The notes: generated by a model from the sequence alone, not told the origin. DNA of 43,602 nt from Candidatus Gastranaerophilales bacterium (GCA_947624665.1 CANQLK010000001.1:1-43602); one strand, 5' to 3'. Counted from the stretch's first letter, positions 8,381-17,501 are shown. Numbers and translations: made by a program.

Positions 8381-9022
8381 CTAATTAAAACTTCCGACCA
8401 AGCCGTTTACAATTAACCCCCAACCGTCAACAGCAATAAAGATAAGCAGTTTAAACGGAAGCGATATGATTGTAGGTGATAACATAAACATACCAAGAGC
8501 TAACAGTACGTTCGCCACTACCAAATCCAATACTATAAACGGAACAAAAATTATAAAGCTTATTTCAAATGAGGTTTTCAGTTCGCTCAATATATAAGCG
8601 GGGGCTACCTCCCATATAGTAAGGTCTTCTACCGAGGCAGGAATTTCTTTTCTGGACAATTGAACAAAGAATGCCAAATCGTTTTCTCTTGTTTGTTTCA
8701 GCATAAATTCTTTAAGCGGTTTCGAACCTTCCGATATTGCCATAACGATAGAACCGTTTTCCTGATAGGGTTTTGAGCCTACTTCATACATTTGTTGAAA
8801 AACGGGCCCCATAGTATAAAAGGTTAATATAATTGAAAGACCTACCAACACTATTGCAGGCGGTATCTGCTGCGCTCCGAGTGCCTGTTTTAAAAATCCG
8901 AATACTATTGCATATCTCAAAAAGCTTGTCATACAAACAAACATAAAAGGTAAAAACGAGAATATCGCCATTACCATCAATAATTGTAATACGGGATTTA
9001 AATTTTGAAGAACCGAATCCAT
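8381..9022 (-). CDS. fliP: flagellar export gate protein FliP
   Basis: 213 aa. Motifs MTSFLRYAIVFGFLKQALGAQQIPP and GLSIILTFYTMGPV match the FliP/SctR signature. Confidence 0.92.
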   Translation of the reverse strand: MDSVLQNLNPVLQLLMVMAIFSFLPFMFVCMTSFLRYAIVFGFLKQALGAQQIPPAIVLVGLSIILTFYTMGPVFQQMYEVGSKPYQENGSIVMAISEGSKPLKEFMLKQTRENDLAFFVQLSRKEIPASVEDLTIWEVAPAYILSELKTSFEISFIIFVPFIVLDLVVANVLLALGMFMLSPTIISLPFKLLIFIAVDGWGLIVNGLVGSFN

Positions 9023-9024
9023 TT

Positions 9025-9342
9025 TTACCTCTGTCTATTTTCCTTTTCCGAATTATTATTTACCATATCCGAAGCGATGTCTGCCGTTTCATAACCCTGT
9101 AACTTAGCAAGCATAGTAGTATTTGCGCTGTCACCTGCTATTAAAAATTTTTCATTTCCTGCCTTTATCACATAAATTGTTTTTGTTGCCGACAGTCTGA
9201 GAGCATTTTCTACGGATAACAGATTTTTGTTTCTTACAACGGACTGAGAATACATTGTTTTCTTATATATAAATACGACAACTACCAAAAAGCCAATCAT
9301 TGCAAAGGTATAAGCCGTAAAATGTATCAAATATCCGTTCAT
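9025..9342 (-). CDS. fliO: flagellar biosynthesis protein FliO
   Basis: 105 aa, single N-terminal TM. The segment TIYVIKAGNEKFLIAGDSANTTMLAKL resembles the FliO core. Position immediately upstream of fliP. Confidence 0.75.
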   Translation of the reverse strand: MNGYLIHFTAYTFAMIGFLVVVVFIYKKTMYSQSVVRNKNLLSVENALRLSATKTIYVIKAGNEKFLIAGDSANTTMLAKLQGYETADIASDMVNNNSEKENRQR

Positions 9343-9351
9343 AATCTAAAC

Positions 9352-10587
9352 CTATATACTTTCATCTTCTATTTCAAAATCGCTATAGTCAAAATTTTCA
9401 TCTTCTTCAGAATCATTCTCATTATTTGCAGACTTTACAGCAGATTTAACAGCAGATTTTTTAGCTGAAGGTTCCGCTTTTGTCTTTGCAGCCGCCTTTT
9501 TTTCCGCAGTATTTGAAGCAGGCTTTGAAGCAGGAGCAGATGTCTTAACTTCTTCTTTTGTCTTTTTTATACTGTCAATTCTAACACCGTATCTGTCATT
9601 TAAAATAACCAATTCTCCGATTGCGACAACCTGATTTTCTACTCTCAACTTGATTTTATTTTCATATACGGAACCGACATCAATAACAAGTCCTTCGGAT
9701 ATTTGTTTTAACTCTCCGAGTGTAAGCTTAACATTATCAAATTCCGCAACTACATCAACAAGAATAGAATCCCACATATTTTGGGGTTTTACGCTTGTTT
9801 CTTCTTCCATTTCATTGCCTCCGTTATTATCAATACTTATTATTAAAGAAGGATTAGGATTTATTTTGAATTTATATCTGTTTTCACCTAAAATAACAAA
9901 CATTTCATTGATATTACTTTCTTCCAATAATATAATATCGCCTTCTTCAATATTTTTTATATCATTTAAAGGAACCCTTGTAAGACCTGCGCCTATATTT
10001 ACAGTAACTTTTGTATCTTTAAAGTCCGCAATGCCAAATTTTTCAATGCATTCTTTATCTTTTATATTCTTAATTATATATTCCGGAACGGTTACAATTA
10101 TTTTTCCAGCATGTTCTTTGCCATACCTTGCATAAAATGTAAAATGATAATCTTTTGCGGATTTTATTACATTTTTATTTACTTCACTTTTATCAAAATA
10201 CTGCTCCAAATTTTGAAAAAGATATACTGTAAACGTTTTTAAAATTTCTGTTTCTATATGAGTAAGCTTTTTCAGAGAAAATTCTTCTTCTTTTGCGCCA
10301 AAAGTATTATCCAAAATTGAAGATACAAAGGTCGATGATATTCTTATTGTTAATGTGGAATATTTATTCACTACTATTTTATTTACAAAATATTCATCAC
10401 CGTAAAATAAAATATTGTCTTTATCTTTAAAAGTACCTAAAAATCTTAACCGAAAATCTTTTTTAAAAAAATTGTCCAATGCTTTTTGCGTACAATTGAA
10501 AATATTAGTATAGAACCAATCATAGTTCTTAAAAAGACTCTCTGTTATATTACTATTATCTTTTTCCGATTTTAAAACAGCCATCAC
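9352..10587 (-). CDS. fliN: flagellar C-ring switch protein: FliM-like region fused to a FliN (SpoA) domain, with a disordered AKP-rich/acidic tail
   Basis: 411 aa with two SpoA-like segments. The first is ...VTVNIGAGLTRVPLNDIKNIEEGDIILLEE (FliM C-terminus-like). The second is DVVAEFDNVKLTLGELKQISEGLVIDVG...VAIGELVILNDRYGVRIDSI (FliN-like). I saw no N-terminal LSQxEIDALL CheY-binding peptide. Confidence 0.75.
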   Translation of the reverse strand: MMAVLKSEKDNSNITESLFKNYDWFYTNIFNCTQKALDNFFKKDFRLRFLGTFKDKDNILFYGDEYFVNKIVVNKYSTLTIRISSTFVSSILDNTFGAKEEEFSLKKLTHIETEILKTFTVYLFQNLEQYFDKSEVNKNVIKSAKDYHFTFYARYGKEHAGKIIVTVPEYIIKNIKDKECIEKFGIADFKDTKVTVNIGAGLTRVPLNDIKNIEEGDIILLEESNINEMFVILGENRYKFKINPNPSLIISIDNNGGNEMEEETSVKPQNMWDSILVDVVAEFDNVKLTLGELKQISEGLVIDVGSVYENKIKLRVENQVVAIGELVILNDRYGVRIDSIKKTKEEVKTSAPASKPASNTAEKKAAAKTKAEPSAKKSAVKSAVKSANNENDSEEDENFDYSDFEIEDESI

Positions 10588-10695
10588 TTACCCTAATTTT
10601 ATAATAAAAGAATACAATATATTTTCTTATATGTACAGGCATTATTTATATATTATATATTTGTTAAAGATATTTTAATGATTTATTATAATTTT

Positions 10696-11682
10696 TCAAT
10701 TATTTTTCGCAAATCTATCAGCAGTAATTTTTGCCATTACATCAATAATATGTTCGTTAGCCCCCGAGTCCGCTTTTACATGGCAGTAGTCTACCCATAT
10801 ATCAGGACTAAAACCGTTAAATTCATCATGAATATCTACAATATAATTATAATTTTTTATTTCTTTCCGAACTTTATTGTTAACCGAACTAAAATCTAGA
10901 GTCAAAAAATTCATTTTATATGGCTGATAAAAAGCAATAAATTTTGTTTTACCGTATGCATTTGAATTTAAAGAAGAAGAAACTCTATTTGCAAGGTCTA
11001 AGGTTTCAAAATATTTATGAATTGTGTCATTCCACCATTCTTCAGAATTCGGACTATATTCTTTTTGTAACCTCAAAAGAGACGATATATTTCTTTTTTT
11101 ATATTCAAGTTCTGATACTATTGCTGAATTTTCAATTAAAAATTGTTTAAACGGAGAAGTTTCTGATTTATAATAATAATTGTATGGATATCCTGGTCTG
11201 GGGTCAGTTCCTAACGGTTGTGTCAACTCGTTTACTCCGCCGTAAAACACTATTATATCGGGATTATATTTAGGAAGTATTTCCAATATCATATGTAAAT
11301 GCTGACGATGATGACTGCTTGCACATGATAAATTTCTTAATTCAACATCTTGCTTAAAATATTCTTTAAACTTTTTATTCAGATATTCTTCATTTAAATG
11401 TTCACCTGTACTGCCGCCAAAAAATGCTATCTTTAATGTGTTTTCTCCGCTTTTAAAAAATTTTACTTTATCATAAGAACTTTGACCTTCCATTAATCTG
11501 TCTAGTACAAATCCTGTATATGCCGCAGGAATTCTGTATGATTTTGTCCCCAAACTATCTAAAACCGGTATTCCTATATTAAATACCATTCTTAATATTA
11601 CGAAATCTATAAAAATTAATGCAATTAAAGAATATATGATTACCGTCAACAATATAAAGGAAGTCTTTAAAAATTTTTTCAT
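10696..11682 (-). CDS. membrane-anchored SGNH/GDSL-like hydrolase or acyltransferase
   Basis: N-terminal TM. Candidate SGNH blocks are FFGGSTG (block I), FYGGVNE (block III) and DYCHV (DxxH, block V). Confidence 0.45.
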   Translation of the reverse strand: MKKFLKTSFILLTVIIYSLIALIFIDFVILRMVFNIGIPVLDSLGTKSYRIPAAYTGFVLDRLMEGQSSYDKVKFFKSGENTLKIAFFGGSTGEHLNEEYLNKKFKEYFKQDVELRNLSCASSHHRQHLHMILEILPKYNPDIIVFYGGVNELTQPLGTDPRPGYPYNYYYKSETSPFKQFLIENSAIVSELEYKKRNISSLLRLQKEYSPNSEEWWNDTIHKYFETLDLANRVSSSLNSNAYGKTKFIAFYQPYKMNFLTLDFSSVNNKVRKEIKNYNYIVDIHDEFNGFSPDIWVDYCHVKADSGANEHIIDVMAKITADRFAKNN

Positions 11683-11859
11683 ATAGTTTTTTACTCCAAT
11701 ATAAAAATTATATACAAAAAAATTAAAATTATTTTTTTATTTACAATTTAATTTCATCAACTTAAACTTCTGTTCTAAATCATATAAATTGATGATTTAT
11801 AAAATTAAAAAATTCCATATACTAAACAATTGTATATAGTATATATTTGGGGAATTGAT

Positions 11860-12732
11860 GTGAAAAAAGACAATACCAAAAGAATAAGTATTCAGGAACA
11901 GAAGCCTGATTTACGAGTTGTCAGAGAAATTAAAACAAAACCATACAGTGATATTGATTTAAATAATTGGAAAGAATATTCACATATAAAAACCGATACG
12001 TGGTGGGAATTTGCATCAAGAGATAATACTCACGGTCATTCAAATGAATATCACGGTAATTACATTCCTCAAATTGCACAACAATTGTACGAACGATTTA
12101 CAAAAAAAGGTGACGTTGTTCTTGATATGTTTTTAGGCTCTGGAACCAGTGCAATTGAAGCTGTAAATATGGACAGAAGATGTATCGGAGTTGAACTAAA
12201 ATCCGAACAAGTTGAAATTGTCAAAAATAAATTCTCTCCAAAAGAATTGGTTACGGATGTTAATATTATTTGTGATGACAGTGCCAATGAACGTGTAAAA
12301 GAAAAAATTCAGGCAAGACTGGATGTAATGAGGAGAGAAAAGGCACAATTCCTTATTCTTCATCCGCCTTATGATGATATTATTAAGTTTTCAGACAGAA
12401 AAGAGGATTTATCTAATTGTTCTTCCACCGAAGAATTTTATGAATTATTTAAAAAAGTTGCAAAAAACGGTTATGATTTGCTCGAAAAGGGCAGATTTGC
12501 AGCTTTAATAATAGGTGATAAATATTCTGAAGGAGAAATAGTACCTTTAAGTTCTGAGTGCGCTAATAAAATGCGTGAATTAGGGTTTAAAATGAAAGCC
12601 GTTATTGTTAAAAATATGGAAGGTAATGAACGAGCCAAAGGTAAAACTGCTAATCTTTGGAGATACCGAGCTTTAAACGGCGGTTTTTATATCTTTAAGC
12701 ATGAGTATATTTATGTCTTTCAAAAAGTTTAA
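11860..12732 (+). CDS. amino-type (N6-adenine/N4-cytosine) methyltransferase, motif order X-I-IV; solitary, with no adjacent endonuclease
   Basis: SAM-binding motif VVLDMFLGSGTSAIEA preceded by a TDTWWEF...HGNYIPQIAQQL block. Catalytic tetrapeptide HPPY (LILHPPYDD) lies ~78 aa downstream. A GTG at 11860 follows a GGGGA RBS; the alternative is TTG at 11830. Confidence 0.75.
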   Translation: MKKDNTKRISIQEQKPDLRVVREIKTKPYSDIDLNNWKEYSHIKTDTWWEFASRDNTHGHSNEYHGNYIPQIAQQLYERFTKKGDVVLDMFLGSGTSAIEAVNMDRRCIGVELKSEQVEIVKNKFSPKELVTDVNIICDDSANERVKEKIQARLDVMRREKAQFLILHPPYDDIIKFSDRKEDLSNCSSTEEFYELFKKVAKNGYDLLEKGRFAALIIGDKYSEGEIVPLSSECANKMRELGFKMKAVIVKNMEGNERAKGKTANLWRYRALNGGFYIFKHEYIYVFQKV

Positions 12733-12901
12733 AAATATTAAAAACGGTAATATTTATTACCTGTTAAGAGAGGATATAATAAACTGTACAAATGCCAATG
12801 ACAATCAAATTATGGTGCTTTATAAAAGTTTAGAACACCATGATATGCTTTTTGTCAGAGAAAAAGAAGAATTTTATAATAAATTTGTTGCCGTTGAGTA
12901 A
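12713..12901 (+). CDS. DUF1653-like small protein
   Basis: 62 aa. KNGNIYYLLREDIINCTNANDNQIMVLYKSLEHHDMLFVREKEEFYNKF recalls the DUF1653 pattern (YxHYKG..Y...........E.lVvYr.L.....lwvRP...F). The start overlaps the methyltransferase 3' end by 20 nt. Confidence 0.5.
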   Translation: MSFKKFKNIKNGNIYYLLREDIINCTNANDNQIMVLYKSLEHHDMLFVREKEEFYNKFVAVE

Positions 12902-12939
12902 CTTTTTTTTAATCTAGTGGCGCAAATCTTTATCAGAAA

Positions 12940-12968
12940 GAGAAACAGAGATGATAACTCTGTTTCTC
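12940..12968. terminator. bidirectional terminator-like hairpin between convergent genes
   Basis: Perfect 11-bp stem GAGAAACAGAG / CTCTGTTTCTC with a 7-nt loop. Lies between the DUF1653 stop (12901) and the stop of the minus-strand gene (12994). Confidence 0.6.
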
Positions 12969-12993
12969 AAACAAAATAAATGGAATAATTTTT

Positions 12994-13824
12994 TTATTCT
13001 TCATCCATAATATCGTCTTTTTTAACAAGAATAGTATCGCCGTTAACGAAATAATTACCCGTAAAATCGAAGTAACCTTTATCTTCGGGCAAATTAGTAT
13101 CTTTTTTCCAAACCGCATGTAAATCATTGTATTTTTTTATGGCTTCATCTTTAATATTGAAGAGGTCTTTAAAAGTTTCAACGTTAATTCTGGCATAGGG
13201 CTGATTTTCACCGTTTTCATCGGTGAAATCAAAAAGGAAATATACTTTATCGCCGTCTGTATATGTTTTTGCAACGTGTTGTTGAGCATCCTGTTTCTCT
13301 TGTAAATCTTTTACTTTTGATTCAATTTCATCTCTCTTTTTTGAAGACAGATGAGAATTATATAATTTGTCAACCAGTTTATCTATTTGAGGTTGAATAC
13401 AATCATATTCCGTAGGGATTTTCAATTCGCCGTTTTTGGTGAATTGCAATTTTCCGTCTTTTTCATTAAAATCTCTGATTATATCTTCATCGCAATCGTA
13501 TTGTTCTGCGAGTTCACTTAATGTTGTTTCAGCGGGACTGAATTTAACTTTAACAACGTCATTTTTTTTATCCAAAACGGACATTCCGCCGTTTATTGCC
13601 AATGCTGTAGCCAATCCTGCAATAAAGCCTTTTACGGTAGCACGTGATTTCTTATGATTATTTGTTCTACGTGGATTTCTGCTTGATTCTGACCTTCTGC
13701 TTACATATTCATCTCTTTGTGATGTTCTTTGATGAGTTTGCACACGATTTGAAGATGATGTTCTTCTGTTTGTATGTTTGTATTTATCATCTATACCCTT
13801 AAAGGTAATTGGTGTTATATTCAT
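12994..13824 (-). CDS. single-pass membrane protein: very basic Arg/Ser-rich N-terminus, possible LysM-like segment
   Basis: ATG at 13824 follows an AAGGAAGG RBS. One TM (GFIAGLATALAINGG). VVKVKFSPAETTLSELAEQYDCDEDIIRDFN is LysM-like. No family was recognised with certainty. Confidence 0.5.
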   Translation of the reverse strand: MNITPITFKGIDDKYKHTNRRTSSSNRVQTHQRTSQRDEYVSRRSESSRNPRRTNNHKKSRATVKGFIAGLATALAINGGMSVLDKKNDVVKVKFSPAETTLSELAEQYDCDEDIIRDFNEKDGKLQFTKNGELKIPTEYDCIQPQIDKLVDKLYNSHLSSKKRDEIESKVKDLQEKQDAQQHVAKTYTDGDKVYFLFDFTDENGENQPYARINVETFKDLFNIKDEAIKKYNDLHAVWKKDTNLPEDKGYFDFTGNYFVNGDTILVKKDDIMDEE

Positions 13825-13920
13825 ATTTAACCTTCCTTTTGTTTTTGTTAAAAACAATAAATATTTACAATTGATATTTAATAAATTAACATTTACATAA
13901 TGTAATATTTTTTAACAGAA

Positions 13921-14493
13921 TTACCATTTAAGTACAATTTCGGCAGGTGTGTAGTTATTAATATATTCAAATATTTCATCGACGGAATTTGCAATATAAT
14001 AAAGAGATTTCATTTCTTCTTTTGCGAACCTGTTTTTATAAACGACCTCAAACATTTTAAACATTTCAAAATAGTAGTTGTCGAAATTGAGGAAAATAAT
14101 CGGTTTATTGTGGTAATTTAATTGTTTGGCTACGATAATTTCAAAGATTTCTTCAAAAGTTCCAAATCCGCCCGGAGCTGCAACAAAAGCATCAGCGTAT
14201 TTTTCCATTGTTGCTTTTCTTTCTCGCATATCTTTTGTAACAATAACCTTTGCTAATTTAGGATGTTTCAATCCGAAAGATTCTATACGTTCGGGAATAA
14301 CGCCTATAACTTCCGAACCGTTTTGCAGGGCATTATTTGCAATTACGCCCATCATACCGACAACGGTTCCGCCGTATACCATATCATAATTATTTTTTGC
14401 AATCTTTTCTCCAAGCTCTTTTGACATTTTATAAAATTTTTCATCTAAATTATTACTTGAAGAACAATATACACATATCCTTTTCCTTGGCAT
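13921..14493 (-). CDS. LOG-family nucleotide 5'-monophosphate phosphoribohydrolase (TIGR00730 type)
   Basis: 190 aa. PGGFGTFEE motif plus an N-terminal Rossmann-like segment ICVYCSSS...YGGTVVGMMG. Confidence 0.88.
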   Translation of the reverse strand: MPRKRICVYCSSSNNLDEKFYKMSKELGEKIAKNNYDMVYGGTVVGMMGVIANNALQNGSEVIGVIPERIESFGLKHPKLAKVIVTKDMRERKATMEKYADAFVAAPGGFGTFEEIFEIIVAKQLNYHNKPIIFLNFDNYYFEMFKMFEVVYKNRFAKEEMKSLYYIANSVDEIFEYINNYTPAEIVLKW

Positions 14494-15038
14494 TACAATT
14501 CTCTATCTTTGTACCTGTCTTTTATAGCTTCGATTAATTTTTTAACATTATCAACCAGTTCTTCATAACTTCCGTTATTATAAATAGTATAATCCCAATC
14601 GGAAATATTATCCAGTGCGGTTTCGGTATTGTCATTTTTTGAAGTTAAAACACCTCTTTTTTGTCTGATTTCTTCATCCGCTTCAACTCTTACGGTAAAG
14701 GCTCCGAAAGATTTAAATAAATCAAGTTCATGTTTAACTCTTATATCAGTAACAATTGTGTTTCCTTCAAAAGCAATAATCGAATTAAGCCAATAATCAG
14801 GGTTTTGAGCTCTTCCCCAATCTCCGAGATTAATTAAATCCTGCCTGTATTTTGATTTGTTTTTTTCTATTTCATCAATACTAAGACCTGTCTGCTTTGA
14901 ATACAATAACTTTATCGCATCGGCTATTCCGATACGGGTAAATGTCTTAAATTTTTCCAACAATATCTTAGCAACAGTATCTTTCCCGGAAAATTGCTTT
15001 CCTGAAAAAACGATTATTATTTTTTTATTATTATTCAT
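14493..15038 (-). CDS. P-loop kinase resembling animal-type phosphomevalonate kinase (P-mevalo_kinase / NMP-kinase fold)
   Basis: 181 aa. P-loop VFSGKQFSGKDTV compares with the metazoan PMVK LFSGKRKSGKDFV as I recall it. Further collinear similarity occurs at YRQDLINLGDWGRAQNPDYW, VTDIRVKHELDLFKSFGA, RVEADEEIRQKRG and DNISDWDYTIYNNG. Overlaps the rpsA stop by 8 nt and the LOG start by 1 nt (TAATG). Confidence 0.6.
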   Translation of the reverse strand: MNNNKKIIIVFSGKQFSGKDTVAKILLEKFKTFTRIGIADAIKLLYSKQTGLSIDEIEKNKSKYRQDLINLGDWGRAQNPDYWLNSIIAFEGNTIVTDIRVKHELDLFKSFGAFTVRVEADEEIRQKRGVLTSKNDNTETALDNISDWDYTIYNNGSYEELVDNVKKLIEAIKDRYKDREL

Positions 15039-16089
15039 TTTTTATACTAAGGCTGATTCTTCTGTCATCCGGATTGAATTTTAGAATAGTTATATTAATT
15101 TTATCACCAACTTTTAAAATAGTATTTTTACTGTTTTGATATTCCGTTAATTCATTATTCGGGAGCAGTGCCTCAACACCCGGAAATACTTCTACAAAAG
15201 CACCGAAATGTTTAATTCTTGTAATACAGCCTTCCAGTTTATCACCGTCTTTAATTTTGTCTTTTGCTTCATTCCAAGGGTCTTTTTCTAAATTTTTCAA
15301 ACTTAAGCTTATTCTTTGTTTTTCATTGTCAATAACTATAACTTCTACATTAACAATATCTCCGACTTTTAAAATATCAGAAGGATGATCAACCCATCTC
15401 CAAGAAATTTGAGATAACGGTAATAACGCATCTACACCGCCAATATCCACGAAAGCTCCAAAATCAGTTATTCTTACGACTTCGCCTTTTACAACCTGTC
15501 CTACTTGTATTGAGTCAAATATATCTTTTCTATTTTCTTCTTTATCTTCAGAATATACTTTTCTGTTGGAAAGAATGAAGTTTCCTTGTTGAATATCCAT
15601 AGTAAGAATCTTCAATTCAAGCTTTTCGCCGATAATATTATTATCATTAGATTTAATTTTCAGCTGACTGGAAGGAACGAAACCTCTTACTCCTTTAACT
15701 TCAACTAAAACACCGCCTTTTACGGAAGATACCACGGTACCTTCAACAACAGCATCTTCTGCTTTTAATTGTTCGAGTTCTCGCCAGCTGTATGCCATTG
15801 CTACTTTTTTATATGACAGCATAAATCTTCCGTCTTCATCTTCTTCTTTTATAATTAAAAATTCATATTCCTGATTTTTCTTTAATGTATCTTCCAAAGA
15901 TACGGATTTATCCACAACAGCTTCTTTAAACGGGACATAAGCTGCGGTTTTTGCGCCTATATCGACTATTGCACCCGTAGAGTCATAAGAACAAACTATA
16001 CCTTTTACCAAATCACCTTTCTGAAAACTGTAATCATAATTACTTAATAGTGCCTCAAATTCAGAATCAGTATAATTTTTCTCCAACAT
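15031..16089 (-). CDS. rpsA: 30S ribosomal protein S1 (four S1 domains)
   Basis: 352 aa with four repeats of the S1 OB-fold pattern (G.iV.G.V......Ga.VdiG....gf.p.sq.s). Confidence 0.88.
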   Translation of the reverse strand: MLEKNYTDSEFEALLSNYDYSFQKGDLVKGIVCSYDSTGAIVDIGAKTAAYVPFKEAVVDKSVSLEDTLKKNQEYEFLIIKEEDEDGRFMLSYKKVAMAYSWRELEQLKAEDAVVEGTVVSSVKGGVLVEVKGVRGFVPSSQLKIKSNDNNIIGEKLELKILTMDIQQGNFILSNRKVYSEDKEENRKDIFDSIQVGQVVKGEVVRITDFGAFVDIGGVDALLPLSQISWRWVDHPSDILKVGDIVNVEVIVIDNEKQRISLSLKNLEKDPWNEAKDKIKDGDKLEGCITRIKHFGAFVEVFPGVEALLPNNELTEYQNSKNTILKVGDKINITILKFNPDDRRISLSIKNE

Positions 16090-16275
16090 CTCTTTACCTC
16101 TTTATTTTACAACCATAATACTTTAATACGATTATTGTACAGCGATGAATTAATTTTGTAAAGAAAAAAACTGTTTAATTCCTATAGTCCTTACATATCA
16201 TAGGCTTTAACATTATTTATTCATATAAATATCGCACAAACATTAGCATTTTGCCTGTTCAAACAGTAATTATAA

Positions 16276-17463
16276 TTAATTTTTAAAATTATATATCGGC
16301 TTAATTATCTCATTAACTTGTGCGGTATCAGATATATTTTCAATGATATCCTTAGGATCTTTATATGCACTTGGAGCTTCATCTAAAGTATTTTTATTTA
16401 CACAAGTGGTATATATTCCATGCATAGCCAAGATATAGTCGTTTAAAGAGAGTTGAGCATTTGCTTCGCCTCTTGACATTTTTCTGCCTGCACCGTGCGG
16501 AGCCGTATTGTTCCAATCCGCATTCCCTTTACCTGTCGCCAGTATTACACCATCTCTCATGTTTAAAGGGATTAAAATTTGTTTACCTTTATCGGCAGAT
16601 ATTGCACCTTTTCTTATAATTCCGTCTTTAGAAATATAATTATGAACGCTTTCAAAAGAACTTGCCTCTTTCCAACCCATCCTATACAATATCTCATCTG
16701 CTATCGCCCTGCGGTTTTGCTTTGCATATTCTTGTGTTATACGCATATCCTCAAGATATTTTTCCGCTTCATCGCTGCTTAGATATGACAATTTGGGTAT
16801 AAAATAATGATTTTGATGTCGTGCAACAAATTCGTGGTGTTGTGCTACTTGTTTTCCTAATCCTCTTGAACCCGTATGTATAACAAGATACTTGTTTCCT
16901 TTTTTATCCGTGTCTATTTCTATAAAATGATTTCCACTTCCTACCGTTCCTAAATTGGATAAATGATAATCTGAGTTGATATCGCCGATATCATTGCACA
17001 TTGTTTTCACATTCTTTGCAAGCGAAGCGGGTACTTTTTTTAATGATTGCGGGATTTTCTCTCTTTTAGTTGAAGAATATTTTCTGATTACATTATCTAA
17101 TTTTTTGAAATCAATTTTTTGCCCTTGAGTTTCAAATTTTACGCATAACATTCCGCAGCCGATATCACTGCCTATAAGACCGGGAACAATTTTATCCTGA
17201 TTTACAGGAGAACTGAAACCCACCAATGTACCCTTCCCCGGATGTACATCAGGCATTATTCTAATCGGTTCATCCTCAAATGCGGGATGATTACATAATA
17301 TTTTTATTTGATCGGCCGTTTTATAGTCAATATTTTGCGTATAGACTTTTGCACAGGTCGCACTTCCTTTTATTTCCAAATGAGCTGAATTATTTTGGTT
17401 TTTTCCTTTAAACCTCAACTCTTTATTTTCCGTTTTATATAGGGGGGAAAGAGAATTTATCAT
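16276..17463 (-). CDS. rtcB: RtcB-family RNA 3'-phosphate/5'-OH ligase
   Basis: 395 aa. Motifs MPDVHPGKG, SDIGCGM, GSGNHFIE, HTGSRGLG and PHGAGR. Confidence 0.92.
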   Translation of the reverse strand: MINSLSPLYKTENKELRFKGKNQNNSAHLEIKGSATCAKVYTQNIDYKTADQIKILCNHPAFEDEPIRIMPDVHPGKGTLVGFSSPVNQDKIVPGLIGSDIGCGMLCVKFETQGQKIDFKKLDNVIRKYSSTKREKIPQSLKKVPASLAKNVKTMCNDIGDINSDYHLSNLGTVGSGNHFIEIDTDKKGNKYLVIHTGSRGLGKQVAQHHEFVARHQNHYFIPKLSYLSSDEAEKYLEDMRITQEYAKQNRRAIADEILYRMGWKEASSFESVHNYISKDGIIRKGAISADKGKQILIPLNMRDGVILATGKGNADWNNTAPHGAGRKMSRGEANAQLSLNDYILAMHGIYTTCVNKNTLDEAPSAYKDPKDIIENISDTAQVNEIIKPIYNFKN

Positions 17464-17501
17464 AGTTTTACCTTGGGGGATTATATTTTTAAGTTAATCT
17501 G

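Noticed and set aside
10588-10695. Promoter calls (sigma70 or sigma28) upstream of the flagellar cluster and most other operons.
   Set aside because: In DNA this AT-rich, TATAAT/TTGACA-like hexamers occur everywhere. No TAAA-N15-GCCGATAA sigma28 signature was found. Only the 4840-4869 candidate had acceptable spacing, and even that has low confidence.
11683-13000. Restriction-modification system around the methyltransferase.
   Set aside because: No ORF with endonuclease-like size or motifs (PD-(D/E)xK, HNH, GIY-YIG) lies adjacent. The only neighbour is a 62-aa DUF1653-like protein. I treat it as an orphan methyltransferase.
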